Made by a program: the position numbers and the translations under genes | Notes under the pieces: model-generated | Told to the model about the DNA's origin: nothing | Database searches by the model: none | What the model saw: the letters and a program-made list of their open reading frames with translations, nothing else | Shown here: one piece after another, positions 28,736 to 37,274 of the stretch | Position numbering within the stretch: position 1 is the first letter of the stretch | How the letters are laid out: every line of letters starts with the position of its first letter | Origin: an uncultured Armatimonadetes bacterium | Lineage (GTDB): Bacteria; Armatimonadota; UBA5829; DTJY01 | Direction of reading: 5' to 3' | Length of the DNA stretch: 64,000 bases | NCBI GenBank assembly: GCA_963717145.1 | Contig: OY970325.1 | Span: 1,408,001 to 1,472,000, forward strand

Positions 28736-29417
28736 ACGCTGCAATCGTCGCGCTCTGGGTCTCGGACCAACCGCCCTTCAGACCACTGGAATAGACCCAC
28801 CGCAGCTTATAATGCGCCTGCTTGTTTCCATCGCCCGGCGGGAACGGCACCGAGACCGTGTTCCGAGTCGACATGTTTACGTACCGCATGACCAGCTCGG
28901 GAACATCCGTGTCCACGGGCGGCTCGCCGACCTTCACCCAGACCTCGACCGCCTTCACACCCTCCGGCTTGCCCAGGGATACGACGCCCTGGTTGTCGTT
29001 CTGGATGCGGAGCGTATGCCTGCCGATCTGCGCGATGTTGATACCCGCGAGCGGCCTGTCTGCCAGAAGCTCGACATCCTGCGGGACAGGCGCAGTCTCG
29101 CCGCGCCTCGGAATCCCGAGGGCATCGCGATCCTGGTTAGTGGTCGCGGGGCATGACTGTACCCGGGCGGCAACTGTTCTGATCTCATCGACCAGAGTCC
29201 CACGCTTCACCTTCTTGTTCGACACCTCGCCCCTATAGGTAGCACGAGCGGCGTTAGTATCGTTGCGAGCCGTGTTGAACTCCGGCTCGGCAGCATTAAG
29301 AGCGGCAACATCCGCCGCCACCAACCCGAACTTCGCAAGGTTGGCCGCAAGATAAGTTGTAAACGTGGACGTCCACACCTGCAGATCGACGTCACTTTTA
29401 GGGACAAAATCCCCCAT
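28734..29417 (-). CDS. Uncharacterised cytoplasmic protein: N-terminal helical region plus C-terminal FN3/Ig-like domain
   Basis: Start MGDFVPKSD after RBS AGGAGG. Ala-rich helices, then LGIP, KPEGV..VEVW and YKLRWV...KGGWSE (FN3-like ending). Fold is inferred. Confidence 0.8.
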   Translation of the reverse strand: MGDFVPKSDVDLQVWTSTFTTYLAANLAKFGLVAADVAALNAAEPEFNTARNDTNAARATYRGEVSNKKVKRGTLVDEIRTVAARVQSCPATTNQDRDALGIPRRGETAPVPQDVELLADRPLAGINIAQIGRHTLRIQNDNQGVVSLGKPEGVKAVEVWVKVGEPPVDTDVPELVMRYVNMSTRNTVSVPFPPGDGNKQAHYKLRWVYSSGLKGGWSETQSATIAA

Positions 29418-29443
29418 ACTTCCCCTCCTTGATTCGTGGGATA

Positions 29444-29569
29444 AGAGTTCACGGATCATGGCCGGCAGATGTCATTCCTACCGCAGTGAAGAATCCGGCC
29501 TGCAAACAGATTCTTCACTGCGGTAGGAATGACATCCGCGAAGCGCTACTATCAACGATCCTGAACTCT
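29444..29569. mobile_element. MITE-like element, copy 2 (inverted relative to copy 1)
   Basis: TA-agagttcacgg...tcctgaactct-TA; internal gtcattcctaccgcagtgaagaatc / gattcttcactgcggtaggaatgac. Confidence 0.75.
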
Positions 29570-29707
29570 TACTTGGTGGGTACTTCGGCGGCATTTAGAT
29601 TTACCGTCATTTACCATTATCGGAGGGATAAGCTGGTAACTCTACCAGTGTTTCAATATTTCTTGCGATTGCATGTGGAGTCTGATGCAGGGAGGTCGGG
29701 CGCCCGT

Positions 29708-29984
29708 GGGAACCATGCCTGGTGTCAACGGAAAGCATACCTGGTTTCAGCCGAACTCACACGTGGTTTCAACTGAAAGCATGTCCACTTTCAGCAGAAC
29801 TCACACATGGTTTCAGCAGAACTCACACGTGGTTTCAGCAGAACCCATACATGGTTTCAGCAGAACCCACACAGGGTTTCTGCAGAACTCACACGTGGTA
29901 ATCGCAGAAAACATGCATGGTTTCTGCAGAACTCACACAGGGTTTCCATAGAAACCATGCCTGTCTTCTGTAGAAAGCACACCT
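29708..29984. repeat. Tandem array of 12 full and one partial 22-bp imperfect palindromic units
   Basis: Exact 22-bp period from 29708, e.g. agaactcacacgtggtttcagc and agaaaacatgcatggtttctgc. Units are variants of the palindrome GAAACCATGCATGGTTTC. Confidence 0.95.
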
Positions 29985-30190
29985 CGCGCCAACTCCCGGA
30001 GGCCTTCCGGCGATCCCCCCGAGGCCTGACTTGGAGTGCGAGAGGCGCTTCGGGGCGCACCGCGCGCCTCCGCCTTCCGCCGAATCGGGTCGGGATGGAG
30101 CAGTTTGCTCCTCCACACCATGCTTCCTGCGAGGTTGATTCTGTCTTCTCTACCAGGGGATTGCATACGAGGCGCTCGAGGTCGAGGGAT

Positions 30191-31225
30191 TCAGTCAGTC
30201 AGTCCGATCACCTTGTCAGCCAGGGACCCTTGTCCGTCCGAGGGCCCCTTGATGGCCGACTGCCGCTTTGGTGAGGCAAAAAGGCTTCTTACCAACTCGG
30301 GCATGATCTCTCCGCGGTGGTCATCCATTACTCGGTTGGTCAGCAATTCTAGCGCAGTAAGGAGGTCGTACGATCTCTGCTTCCTGTCATAATAGTCTGC
30401 CGCCATGTGACTGGCTGCCCGATGGAATACGATCAAACCGCCGCCAACGACGTTGAACAGAATACCGGAGATCGGAGCAATGTAACCAAGGGTGCGTGCG
30501 TCCTGCTTACCTGTCATCACAAGCACTGCCCCAGTGGCTATGATTGCCAAACCTGCTGCGACCACAAACAGACCACCGAACTGGAACAGAGAAGTTCTCT
30601 TGACTGCCATTTTTTGCAGTTGCTCGGCCTTGTCTGCCTGGTCAGCTAGCCTCTCCCGTATGCTCACCGTCGCCAGATAGGGAACACTGCTATCCTCAAG
30701 CTGCTTCTGCATCAACGCGACCTCGTCCTTGAGCTTGGAGTCACGGTGTGCCACCTGCTTGAGCTTATCTTCGATTACTTTACGAATCTTATCCGATTCT
30801 CCACCAGAAGCAATCTGATGGGTGCTGCTCTTCCTGGGTACCTGGGTAAGCTCATCGACCAAGGTCATTATCTCCGTGACGGAGAGCGAGCCAAGATAGT
30901 CATCAGTTGCCCATTCTGAGCTTGGGGTGTCGGCGTCTTTCTCGGCCTTCCTCTCTGCTAGCGAGTAGACATAACACCACAACGTATAGCCGCTTAGGAC
31001 TATCCCTGCACCGAGAGCACCATGCAATGGGACTGCCAATAGGCTAGGCGCTCCCCACCAGAATATCCAAGAGGCAAGCAGCAGACTCACCAACAAGCTG
31101 ACCACCCACACTCTCTGATCTGTTGATGTTGTAATTCCAAAGAGCAGCAGGGAAACGCTGACCATGCCCGATAAGCAGAGAAAAGCCCCAAGGATGAACT
31201 GAGCGACGGTCCATACTATATGCAT
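30191..31225 (-). CDS. Lower-GC membrane protein; C-terminal two-TM domain resembles the TRADD-N-associated membrane domain
   Basis: Three N-terminal TM segments, a coiled coil, then F.FGGL..AAG..II..G...ISGILFNVVGGG..F..AA....YY.....A..L. Confidence 0.6.
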   Translation of the reverse strand: MHIVWTVAQFILGAFLCLSGMVSVSLLLFGITTSTDQRVWVVSLLVSLLLASWIFWWGAPSLLAVPLHGALGAGIVLSGYTLWCYVYSLAERKAEKDADTPSSEWATDDYLGSLSVTEIMTLVDELTQVPRKSSTHQIASGGESDKIRKVIEDKLKQVAHRDSKLKDEVALMQKQLEDSSVPYLATVSIRERLADQADKAEQLQKMAVKRTSLFQFGGLFVVAAGLAIIATGAVLVMTGKQDARTLGYIAPISGILFNVVGGGLIVFHRAASHMAADYYDRKQRSYDLLTALELLTNRVMDDHRGEIMPELVRSLFASPKRQSAIKGPSDGQGSLADKVIGLTD

Positions 31226-31574
31226 GGAATAACCTCCTTAGCTACCAACTGCTTGGACACAAGATCCGTGTCCATTATAGCCTTTCCAATGTCCTTTTTC
31301 AAGCCCTCAACTCCCGTGCAACCTCCTGTCCTTGCAGTAACGTCTTCGCTGAGCTAGGAGTGCGCCTAGCAGTGGAAGGATTGACGAGCGGTGGAGCAGC
31401 CGGTGATCGAGGGCGGGACAGGGAAGACCGCGCCGAGTGTACATATGTTTCCCGGCGGGATGGAGTTAGACTGAGTGCGGAGTGCCCGGTTCTCGCTGCA
31501 TTCCTAAGGGCGTCCGGATGACCCCTCCCCTTTTACAGGTGGCGCAGTGAAACTGGGTGCATCTGATGCGTAAC

Positions 31575-31620
31575 AGAAGTGGTCGGGGCCAACCGGTCTC
31601 CGGTAACCCCGACCACTTCT
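31575..31620. terminator. Hairpin ending the 33621-31627 operon
   Basis: agaagtggtcgggg...ccccgaccacttct. Confidence 0.65.
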
Positions 31621-31626
31621 GCCAGA

Positions 31627-32493
31627 CTACAACTCGCTGATCGACACGGGCCTGATCAGCCTCTTGATCGGACCGCCGTCGGTGAAGCACGAACTGATTC
31701 CGATCACAGTCATGATACCAGCCGGCGTGTAACCTCTGCCGTCGCCGAGAACTCTCACGCCGACATTCGCCGCCTCGCCGGTCATCGTCCCGTCGGTTAG
31801 GTTGCAGCCGTCATCTATGTAGAAGTAGTTTCCGCTCGGGTCTACCTTGCCGAGCTTGCCGGTCGTTGCTACTAATAGGCCGATGTTGTTCGTGCCTACA
31901 CCGTCTAAGACTCCGCGCTGACCTTCGCCGGTGCTTGGCACGTAGCGAAAGTCCTGGCCGCCGAGGTATCTGTTGATGAGTAGCACAGGTCCTACCGTTC
32001 CGTATCCTGCACCAACGACGCTTGTGGCATCGATGTATCTCTCGTAGTCACTCGTGGTGTCAAGCACGCCAGTGATGTGCACCTTCTCGCCGATGCTAAC
32101 CCTGTTAGTCCAGGCAATGCGAATACCGGATGACCTGTCTTCTTCTTCGATATAGAAGAAATCACCCAACTCGTCTGTTCCGGCTGTCACAGGCTTGCCG
32201 AATATGCTTAGCAGGCCGTCGTAGCTCCCGATAGCCTTAAGCGCGCCTGCCGACGCAACATAGGTTGACGCCGCTCCGGAATGCCAAACGCCATGCTCCA
32301 GCAGTAGTCCGCCGCCGGAGGATTGCCCGACGATCGCTTGAGCGATCGTATCCGTGACGCAAGGCGATGATCCTCTCGCAACGGCTCCCGTGCCCGGGTT
32401 GAAACTGCCGGTCAGCAGTGTAGGGCCCGCATCGCACGTCGGATACGCCAGAACCAGGAACAACATGGACAGAAATGCCGAGTATCTCCACAT
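31627..32493 (-). CDS. Secreted protein with two OB-fold-like C-terminal domains
   Basis: Signal peptide; FFYIEEEDRSSGIRI and NNIGLLVATTGK..FYIDDG motifs. Confidence 0.7.
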   Translation of the reverse strand: MWRYSAFLSMLFLVLAYPTCDAGPTLLTGSFNPGTGAVARGSSPCVTDTIAQAIVGQSSGGGLLLEHGVWHSGAASTYVASAGALKAIGSYDGLLSIFGKPVTAGTDELGDFFYIEEEDRSSGIRIAWTNRVSIGEKVHITGVLDTTSDYERYIDATSVVGAGYGTVGPVLLINRYLGGQDFRYVPSTGEGQRGVLDGVGTNNIGLLVATTGKLGKVDPSGNYFYIDDGCNLTDGTMTGEAANVGVRVLGDGRGYTPAGIMTVIGISSCFTDGGPIKRLIRPVSISEL

Positions 32494-32514
32494 GACAGAC
32501 CTCCTCCTGGGATG

Positions 32515-33621
32515 CTAGAGCTTCATGATAAATGCAAGCGCGTAGTAGGGCGGGCGGACATCAATGCCATTCGATAGCTTGCTATCGGTGCCTCTGTCAC
32601 TTGGCCCCCCGCTCTGTGTCCTGCTGCCGCCACCAGTCTGACCGCTGCTTGCCCCAGCAGTGCTCCCGTTTGAAGGGCCTTCTGTGTTGAATGTGTGGTA
32701 GTGCTCTACGAATGAGGCGTAGTAGTCCTGATCCTGCCCAGTCCACACCCCGTTACCGCTGCCACGACCTGTGTTTGCGTAGTGGGTGTGATACATGCCA
32801 TGAGTGTGGTCCATTCCATGTGTGTGATCCATCTCATGCGTATGATTGTTGATCGTATGGCTGTGGCTGAGGTTCAGGACCACATTCGCGCCATTCCCAG
32901 TTGATCCAGCCGGGTAGCCGCTGCCAGCGGCCACGATGAACTTATCCTGCAGGTTCGGCGTACCGTTCTGCCCATTGCATAGCGCCCAACCCGATGGAGG
33001 AGTTGCTCCCGACCACATCACGATCACGCCTGTAGGAATAGCTGCATCCGGCGCAAGCTTCTGGCCTGTAACCGAGCCGTTTGCAAGCTTATCGGTGGTG
33101 ACTGCCTGTGCTGCCAACTTGCCAGTCGTCACCCCTGCATCCGCGAGTTTGCCTGTGGCAACTGACTGATCCGCCATCTTAACAGAGGTTACAGCTCCAT
33201 CTGCGAGCTTCGTTACCGTGATCGAGCCATCGACCACGGTCCTGGATATCTGTGCGAACGCGGCACTGGCAATCTTCTGTCTTGGTGACAACTCCGATGC
33301 CGTGCCGATCGCTACTCCGAACCATCGGTCCGGCCCGTCAAACAGGCCGGGTGTGAAGCTAGTCCCACTACCCAGCAGCACGCTGAACAGCCCGCCCTTC
33401 ACCTGAACACTGGTGTTGGTCTCTGACCACAACTGCGTGCCACCGGTTTCCGCATCATAGATCGCGAACGTCATGTTGCACGTTCCATCTGCCACCGGAA
33501 TTCCGGATGACTCCATCAACTTTCCCTGGTAGGAGATCACGGTTGGTACATCAGCAAGAACGGTTGCCGATGTCAAGACCATGAGAGCAGCAAATACGCA
33601 GATCAGTTTCCTGAACATCAT
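32515..33621 (-). CDS. Secreted phage-tail-fibre-like protein (collar domain, HxH tip)
   Basis: Signal peptide, VPTVISYQGKL, 10-aa VTxxKLAD repeats, PTGVIVMWSG..PSGWALCNGQNGTPNL, HTH-tripeptide repeats and RPPYYALAFIMKL. Confidence 0.8.
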   Translation of the reverse strand: MMFRKLICVFAALMVLTSATVLADVPTVISYQGKLMESSGIPVADGTCNMTFAIYDAETGGTQLWSETNTSVQVKGGLFSVLLGSGTSFTPGLFDGPDRWFGVAIGTASELSPRQKIASAAFAQISRTVVDGSITVTKLADGAVTSVKMADQSVATGKLADAGVTTGKLAAQAVTTDKLANGSVTGQKLAPDAAIPTGVIVMWSGATPPSGWALCNGQNGTPNLQDKFIVAAGSGYPAGSTGNGANVVLNLSHSHTINNHTHEMDHTHGMDHTHGMYHTHYANTGRGSGNGVWTGQDQDYYASFVEHYHTFNTEGPSNGSTAGASSGQTGGGSRTQSGGPSDRGTDSKLSNGIDVRPPYYALAFIMKL

Positions 33622-34012
33622 CGTCCTTTCCATATCCTTTCTCTTCTGCAAACATTGCTTACCGGTTAAGTAGAATAGTCGTAGCAGTGCTAAACGGCAC
33701 ATACCTTGCGGCTGCGCCTGGCCAACGCAAACATTGGCCGACTCATATAGATGTCCGAGCGATGTTCTTCGTTCCGCATCCCCCCTCTCATGGAGAAATA
33801 CATCGGGATCTTTGGACTGAATATGCAGTATGGAACAGCGTGCATTGCCCAGCATTTGCCGAGCAACAAGATATAGCGAGGAAACAGCAGTCGGCGATGG
33901 CCCGTCGGCCGATGTCGTTGATGGGGCACACTTGCGGAACAACATCGCGCGTCGTGGTGATTTGAGCGCAATAAGGATCGTCTCACACCGTGACGGCGAT
34001 CTACCCTAAGCT

Positions 34013-34042
34013 AGTATAACTAACGGCAAACGGGCTTGTCAA
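34013..34042 (-). promoter_or_regulatory. sigma70-type promoter for the tail-fibre-like operon
   Basis: TTGACA-18 bp-TATACT on the minus strand. Confidence 0.55.
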
Positions 34043-34183
34043 GGACCCTAACACCAAGATTGCCCGGTAAATATACCAGTTTTTCGTAAGAAGTTGAGGG
34101 ACAGGACGGTTCACCATCCGACACAGTTCCGCTGTGGGTGCCTGCCCGTGAAGGAGACGCTCCCGTGGGTTCTCCCATCGCTT

Positions 34184-34393
34184 TCAGAGCGGCACGATGT
34201 CCGACTGGGTGAGGACGAGGAGGCCGGATGCCTCGACGAGGGCGGTGACCTTCACGAAGGGGAGACCGTCGGGCGGGGCGATGCCGGGGAGATATGAGAC
34301 CGGGAGGTCGCCGGGGATGTTCGAGCCGTCGGTGAGGAAGAACTTGCCGGTGCCGTGCGCGGAGACCTTCCCGATCACCGTCACCGCAGCCAT
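34184..34393 (-). CDS. Small ORF or remnant: a single OB-fold-like domain
   Basis: VTVIGKV...FFLTDGS...VKVTA...TQSDI resembles the last domain of 31627-32493. Confidence 0.45.
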   Translation of the reverse strand: MAAVTVIGKVSAHGTGKFFLTDGSNIPGDLPVSYLPGIAPPDGLPFVKVTALVEASGLLVLTQSDIVPL

Positions 34394-35028
34394 CCCCCAT
34401 CAACCATCCCCTCCGCTGCCCAGATCGTGCCTCGGACGAGGAGTGGCGCGAACTGTTCGTGACGGCAGCACTCGGGCGTGTGGCCGAGGGCGAGGTAGTA
34501 CACCCTCCCCTGCCCCCAGCTCTTCGTCCAGATCACCGGCTCGGCCTTACCCTCGAAGAGCGCCGACGCCAGCACCATCACGCGCGGATCGTAGTCCATG
34601 ATGTACTGCTCGTCCTCGACGAAGAATTCGACGATGCCTTGGGTGATCGGGTGCTCCGAATCCACCACGCTCACCTGATACATCCTCGGCTTCGGATGAG
34701 TCGTGAAGAGCCCGCCGAGCATGCAGTGGAACTCGGCGCACTCCTTGAACGAGGCCGACGCCGAATGGATGCCGACGAACCCCTTCCCACCGGCGACGAA
34801 CCGCAGCATGCCGTCCCTCTGCGCGTCGGTCACCTCGCCTCGGGTGTAGTAGAGAGCCAACGCATCGTAGCGGTCCAACCCTCCGCCCTCGAGCACGGAC
34901 AAGTCGTCGTGGACGCGGGTCACGTCGAAGCGGCCATCCCCTCGAAGGATCCGCTCGATCTCGTCGCCACAGCCCAGGGAATCGTGGACGCCTCCACCGC
35001 TCAGTACAAGAGTCTTTATGCCTGCCAT
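34381..35028 (-). CDS. ThuA (glutamine amidotransferase-like) domain protein
   Basis: GGKGFVGIHSA, HPITQG, DEQY and GQGRVYYLALGH motifs. Confidence 0.88.
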   Translation of the reverse strand: MAGIKTLVLSGGGVHDSLGCGDEIERILRGDGRFDVTRVHDDLSVLEGGGLDRYDALALYYTRGEVTDAQRDGMLRFVAGGKGFVGIHSASASFKECAEFHCMLGGLFTTHPKPRMYQVSVVDSEHPITQGIVEFFVEDEQYIMDYDPRVMVLASALFEGKAEPVIWTKSWGQGRVYYLALGHTPECCRHEQFAPLLVRGTIWAAEGMVDGGWLR

Positions 35029-35113
35029 GACCAATCTCCCAACCGATGTAGTGCTTGACCGTTCGCAGCCAGAGCGATCTCACCGCTGCCAATCTCCGAC
35101 TTATCCGCGCGAT

Positions 35114-35129
35114 TGGCACGAATCTTGCA
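35114..35129 (+). promoter_or_regulatory. sigma54 (-24/-12) promoter
   Basis: TGGCACG-AATC-TTGCA, a full match to TGGCACG-N4-TTGCW. Confidence 0.75.
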
Positions 35130-35197
35130 GTAATACAGAGTATAGAGGGACTCGGCAGGCGATCCTGCCAGGGTCCTCAGGAGAAGGAGTGAGTTAA

Positions 35198-35287
35198 ATG
35201 AAGATCATCGCCACCCTGATTGCACTTGCCCTCGTGCTCTTCCTGGTCGAGACTGCTCAGGCCGTGACCACCTGGATCAGCTTCTAG
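35198..35287 (+). CDS. 29-aa small secreted peptide precursor MKIIATLIALALVLFLVETAQAVTTWISF
   Basis: RBS AAGGAG about 8 nt upstream, host-like codons, Sec signal peptide with AQA site. Below the ORF-track cutoff. Confidence 0.75.
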   Translation: MKIIATLIALALVLFLVETAQAVTTWISF

Positions 35288-35304
35288 CGGGAGGCCGCTG
35301 ACGC

Positions 35305-35331
35305 GGGAGGCCGTTGAAGACCTCCCCTACG
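35305..35331. repeat. GTAG-type REP, reverse complement of the element at 47242
   Basis: cgggaggccgttgaagacctcccctacg. Confidence 0.7.
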
Positions 35332-36097
35332 TTCTGAGGCCATTCAACACCTTCACCAGGTTATCGCAATAGGCACGGAGCGCGAGCACATCCGCGCCCA
35401 TCGCCAGGAACCGATAACCCATGTCCACGTATTCTTGCGCGTTCTCGGGGGTTGAAGTCGTCCCCGCGAACTTCCCATGCCTGAGGCACACATCGGCCAC
35501 GCGCTTGCGTGTTTCGATCAACTTCGGATGGCTGAAGTCGCCCGGCGCACCGATCCCCTGGCTGAAATCCGCCGGCCCGAAGAAGATGATGTCGATTCCC
35601 TCCAGTTGAGCGATCTCCTCCAGGTCATCCAGCGGCTCGGGATCCTCGATCTGCACCGCGAGGAATCTGTTTCTGTTCGTGAAGGCCAAATACTCCTGGA
35701 AGTCACCGCCGCAGTACTCGCCGTCTGCATTCCCGCTATCCACCGGCCGCCTTCCGATCGGATGGAAGCGCGTCATCCGCACGACGTTCCTTGCGTCTTC
35801 CAGGCTCATTATGTGCGGCACCATGATACCGGCTGCATCCATCTCCAGCGGCCTGATGTAGTCGCTGTATCCGCCCCGAGAGACGCGCACCATCACGTCG
35901 CAGTTCTGTGACTTGGCGGCATAGACCTGCTGCTCGACGACGGAAATGTCGTTCGGCACGTGCTCCATATCCGCCCAGATCGCGTCATATCCGGCCAGAG
36001 CAGCGATCTCGGCGGCACGCGCGCTCTCCAGGTTGAGCTTGAAGATGTTCGCTACTTCGCCTGCGCGAAGTCTATCAAGGATACGGCTTGTACGCAT
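35327..36097 (-). CDS. HpcH/HpaI aldolase family protein
   Basis: DMEH, GIMVPH, FHPIGRR, VQIE and FFGPADFS motifs. Confidence 0.88.
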   Translation of the reverse strand: MRTSRILDRLRAGEVANIFKLNLESARAAEIAALAGYDAIWADMEHVPNDISVVEQQVYAAKSQNCDVMVRVSRGGYSDYIRPLEMDAAGIMVPHIMSLEDARNVVRMTRFHPIGRRPVDSGNADGEYCGGDFQEYLAFTNRNRFLAVQIEDPEPLDDLEEIAQLEGIDIIFFGPADFSQGIGAPGDFSHPKLIETRKRVADVCLRHGKFAGTTSTPENAQEYVDMGYRFLAMGADVLALRAYCDNLVKVLNGLRT

Positions 36098-36133
36098 ATT
36101 CTCTACTCCCGACTGTAAGGTGAAGCGTTGGCT

Positions 36134-36204
36134 GGGTCACCGGAGTACAACTCCGGTGACAACAGGCGAGGAGGGTTGTCACCGGAGTTGTACTCCGGTG
36201 ACCC
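36134..36204. repeat. Inverted REP doublet
   Basis: gggtcaccggagtacaactccggtgacaac...gttgtcaccggagttgtactccggtgaccc. Confidence 0.9.
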
Positions 36205-36262
36205 GAGCCATCCGGCGTTATGTTAGGCGTACAGCCGGCTATTTCCTTGCTGACCTCCGAGT

Positions 36263-37222
36263 TCAGGCCATGCCCTTCTCGAGCCCGACCAGGTTCAGGA
36301 AGTCGTACTCGTGGACGAAACGGCGCAGATCATCCAACTTGGCGATCGCGAGACCGACGACCGTATCCGCCGCGCCATAGTACATCCAGACCTCATCACC
36401 GCGCTGAACGGTGCCGCATGTGAAGACTACGTTCGCAAGGAGACCGTGGATCTCATATTCCGCCTCCGGGGCAAATACCCATTCGGATGCGCGTCTGAGA
36501 ACCTTACGTGGATCGTCCTTGTCCAGGAGCGCCAGCCCGAGTCTGTATGTCGGCGATCCGGCAATCTCCTTAACACCGTGGAAGATAAGCAGCCAACCGT
36601 CGTCGGTCCTGATCGGAGGAGCCCCCACACCGACTCTGACACCGTCCCACCAGGGTCCGCCTCTTTCCGGGAGAAGCAGGCCGGGCTGCGTCCAACTGTC
36701 GAGGTCGTTGTACGACGTAGCGTACCAGATATGCTCCTGCCCGCCGGTCACCGGCCTGTGCAGCATGATCCACGAGCCGTCGAAGCACTGCGGAATCACG
36801 AGGGCGTCCTTATTGGTCGGAGAGAGCATGACCCCGAGCCGATTCACAGACTCGAAATCGGTGGTAGTCGCCAGTGCCACCGCCGGCCCGTATCGCGAAT
36901 ATGCGGTGTAGGCGATGACCCATTCGCCGGGACGGTACTCGGTGACCCTGGCATCTTCGCAGCCCCACTCCTCGAACGGGTTCTCCGGCTGGTCGGGTTC
37001 CAGTAGCGCCTTGTCCGAGATCCGCCAGTTATCGACGCCATTCGCGCTCCGAGCCACGCGTATGTGAGAGATCCCCTGCCTGTTCTCGATTCGGAGAAGC
37101 AAGATGACCTCTCCGTTGACCTCGACTGCGCCCGGATTCAGGACCGCATTCGCGCGGAGAGACAGCGTGCGTGGCGTGATCAGCGGGTTCATCCGGTGGC
37201 GAACAAAGATGTCTTTTTCCAT
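36263..37222 (-). CDS. GH130 glycosidase/mannoside phosphorylase
   Basis: NPGA, GCEDARV, YTAY, NKDA, LHRP, NVVF and YYGAAD motifs. Confidence 0.9.
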   Translation of the reverse strand: MEKDIFVRHRMNPLITPRTLSLRANAVLNPGAVEVNGEVILLLRIENRQGISHIRVARSANGVDNWRISDKALLEPDQPENPFEEWGCEDARVTEYRPGEWVIAYTAYSRYGPAVALATTTDFESVNRLGVMLSPTNKDALVIPQCFDGSWIMLHRPVTGGQEHIWYATSYNDLDSWTQPGLLLPERGGPWWDGVRVGVGAPPIRTDDGWLLIFHGVKEIAGSPTYRLGLALLDKDDPRKVLRRASEWVFAPEAEYEIHGLLANVVFTCGTVQRGDEVWMYYGAADTVVGLAIAKLDDLRRFVHEYDFLNLVGLEKGMA

Positions 37223-37274
37223 GGGTAGCACTCTCCGTTAGGTGACCTGAGCTACCTGTTCTTACCCAGATTGC

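Noticed and set aside
29673-30274. ORFs across the 22-bp array
   Set aside because: They are repeat-derived frames with no RBS or protein-like composition.
31315-31520. Possible ECF-type promoter (TGCAAC..CGTC) with a decayed ORF
   Set aside because: The spacing is imperfect and the product is unrecognisable, so it is too weak to call.
32515-33945. Prophage, suggested by the tail-fibre motifs
   Set aside because: There are no other phage genes or integrase and the protein has a signal peptide. The upstream ~108 aa of the track ORF are not credible.
33640-34005. Riboswitch in the long leader
   Set aside because: I recognised no known aptamer consensus by eye.
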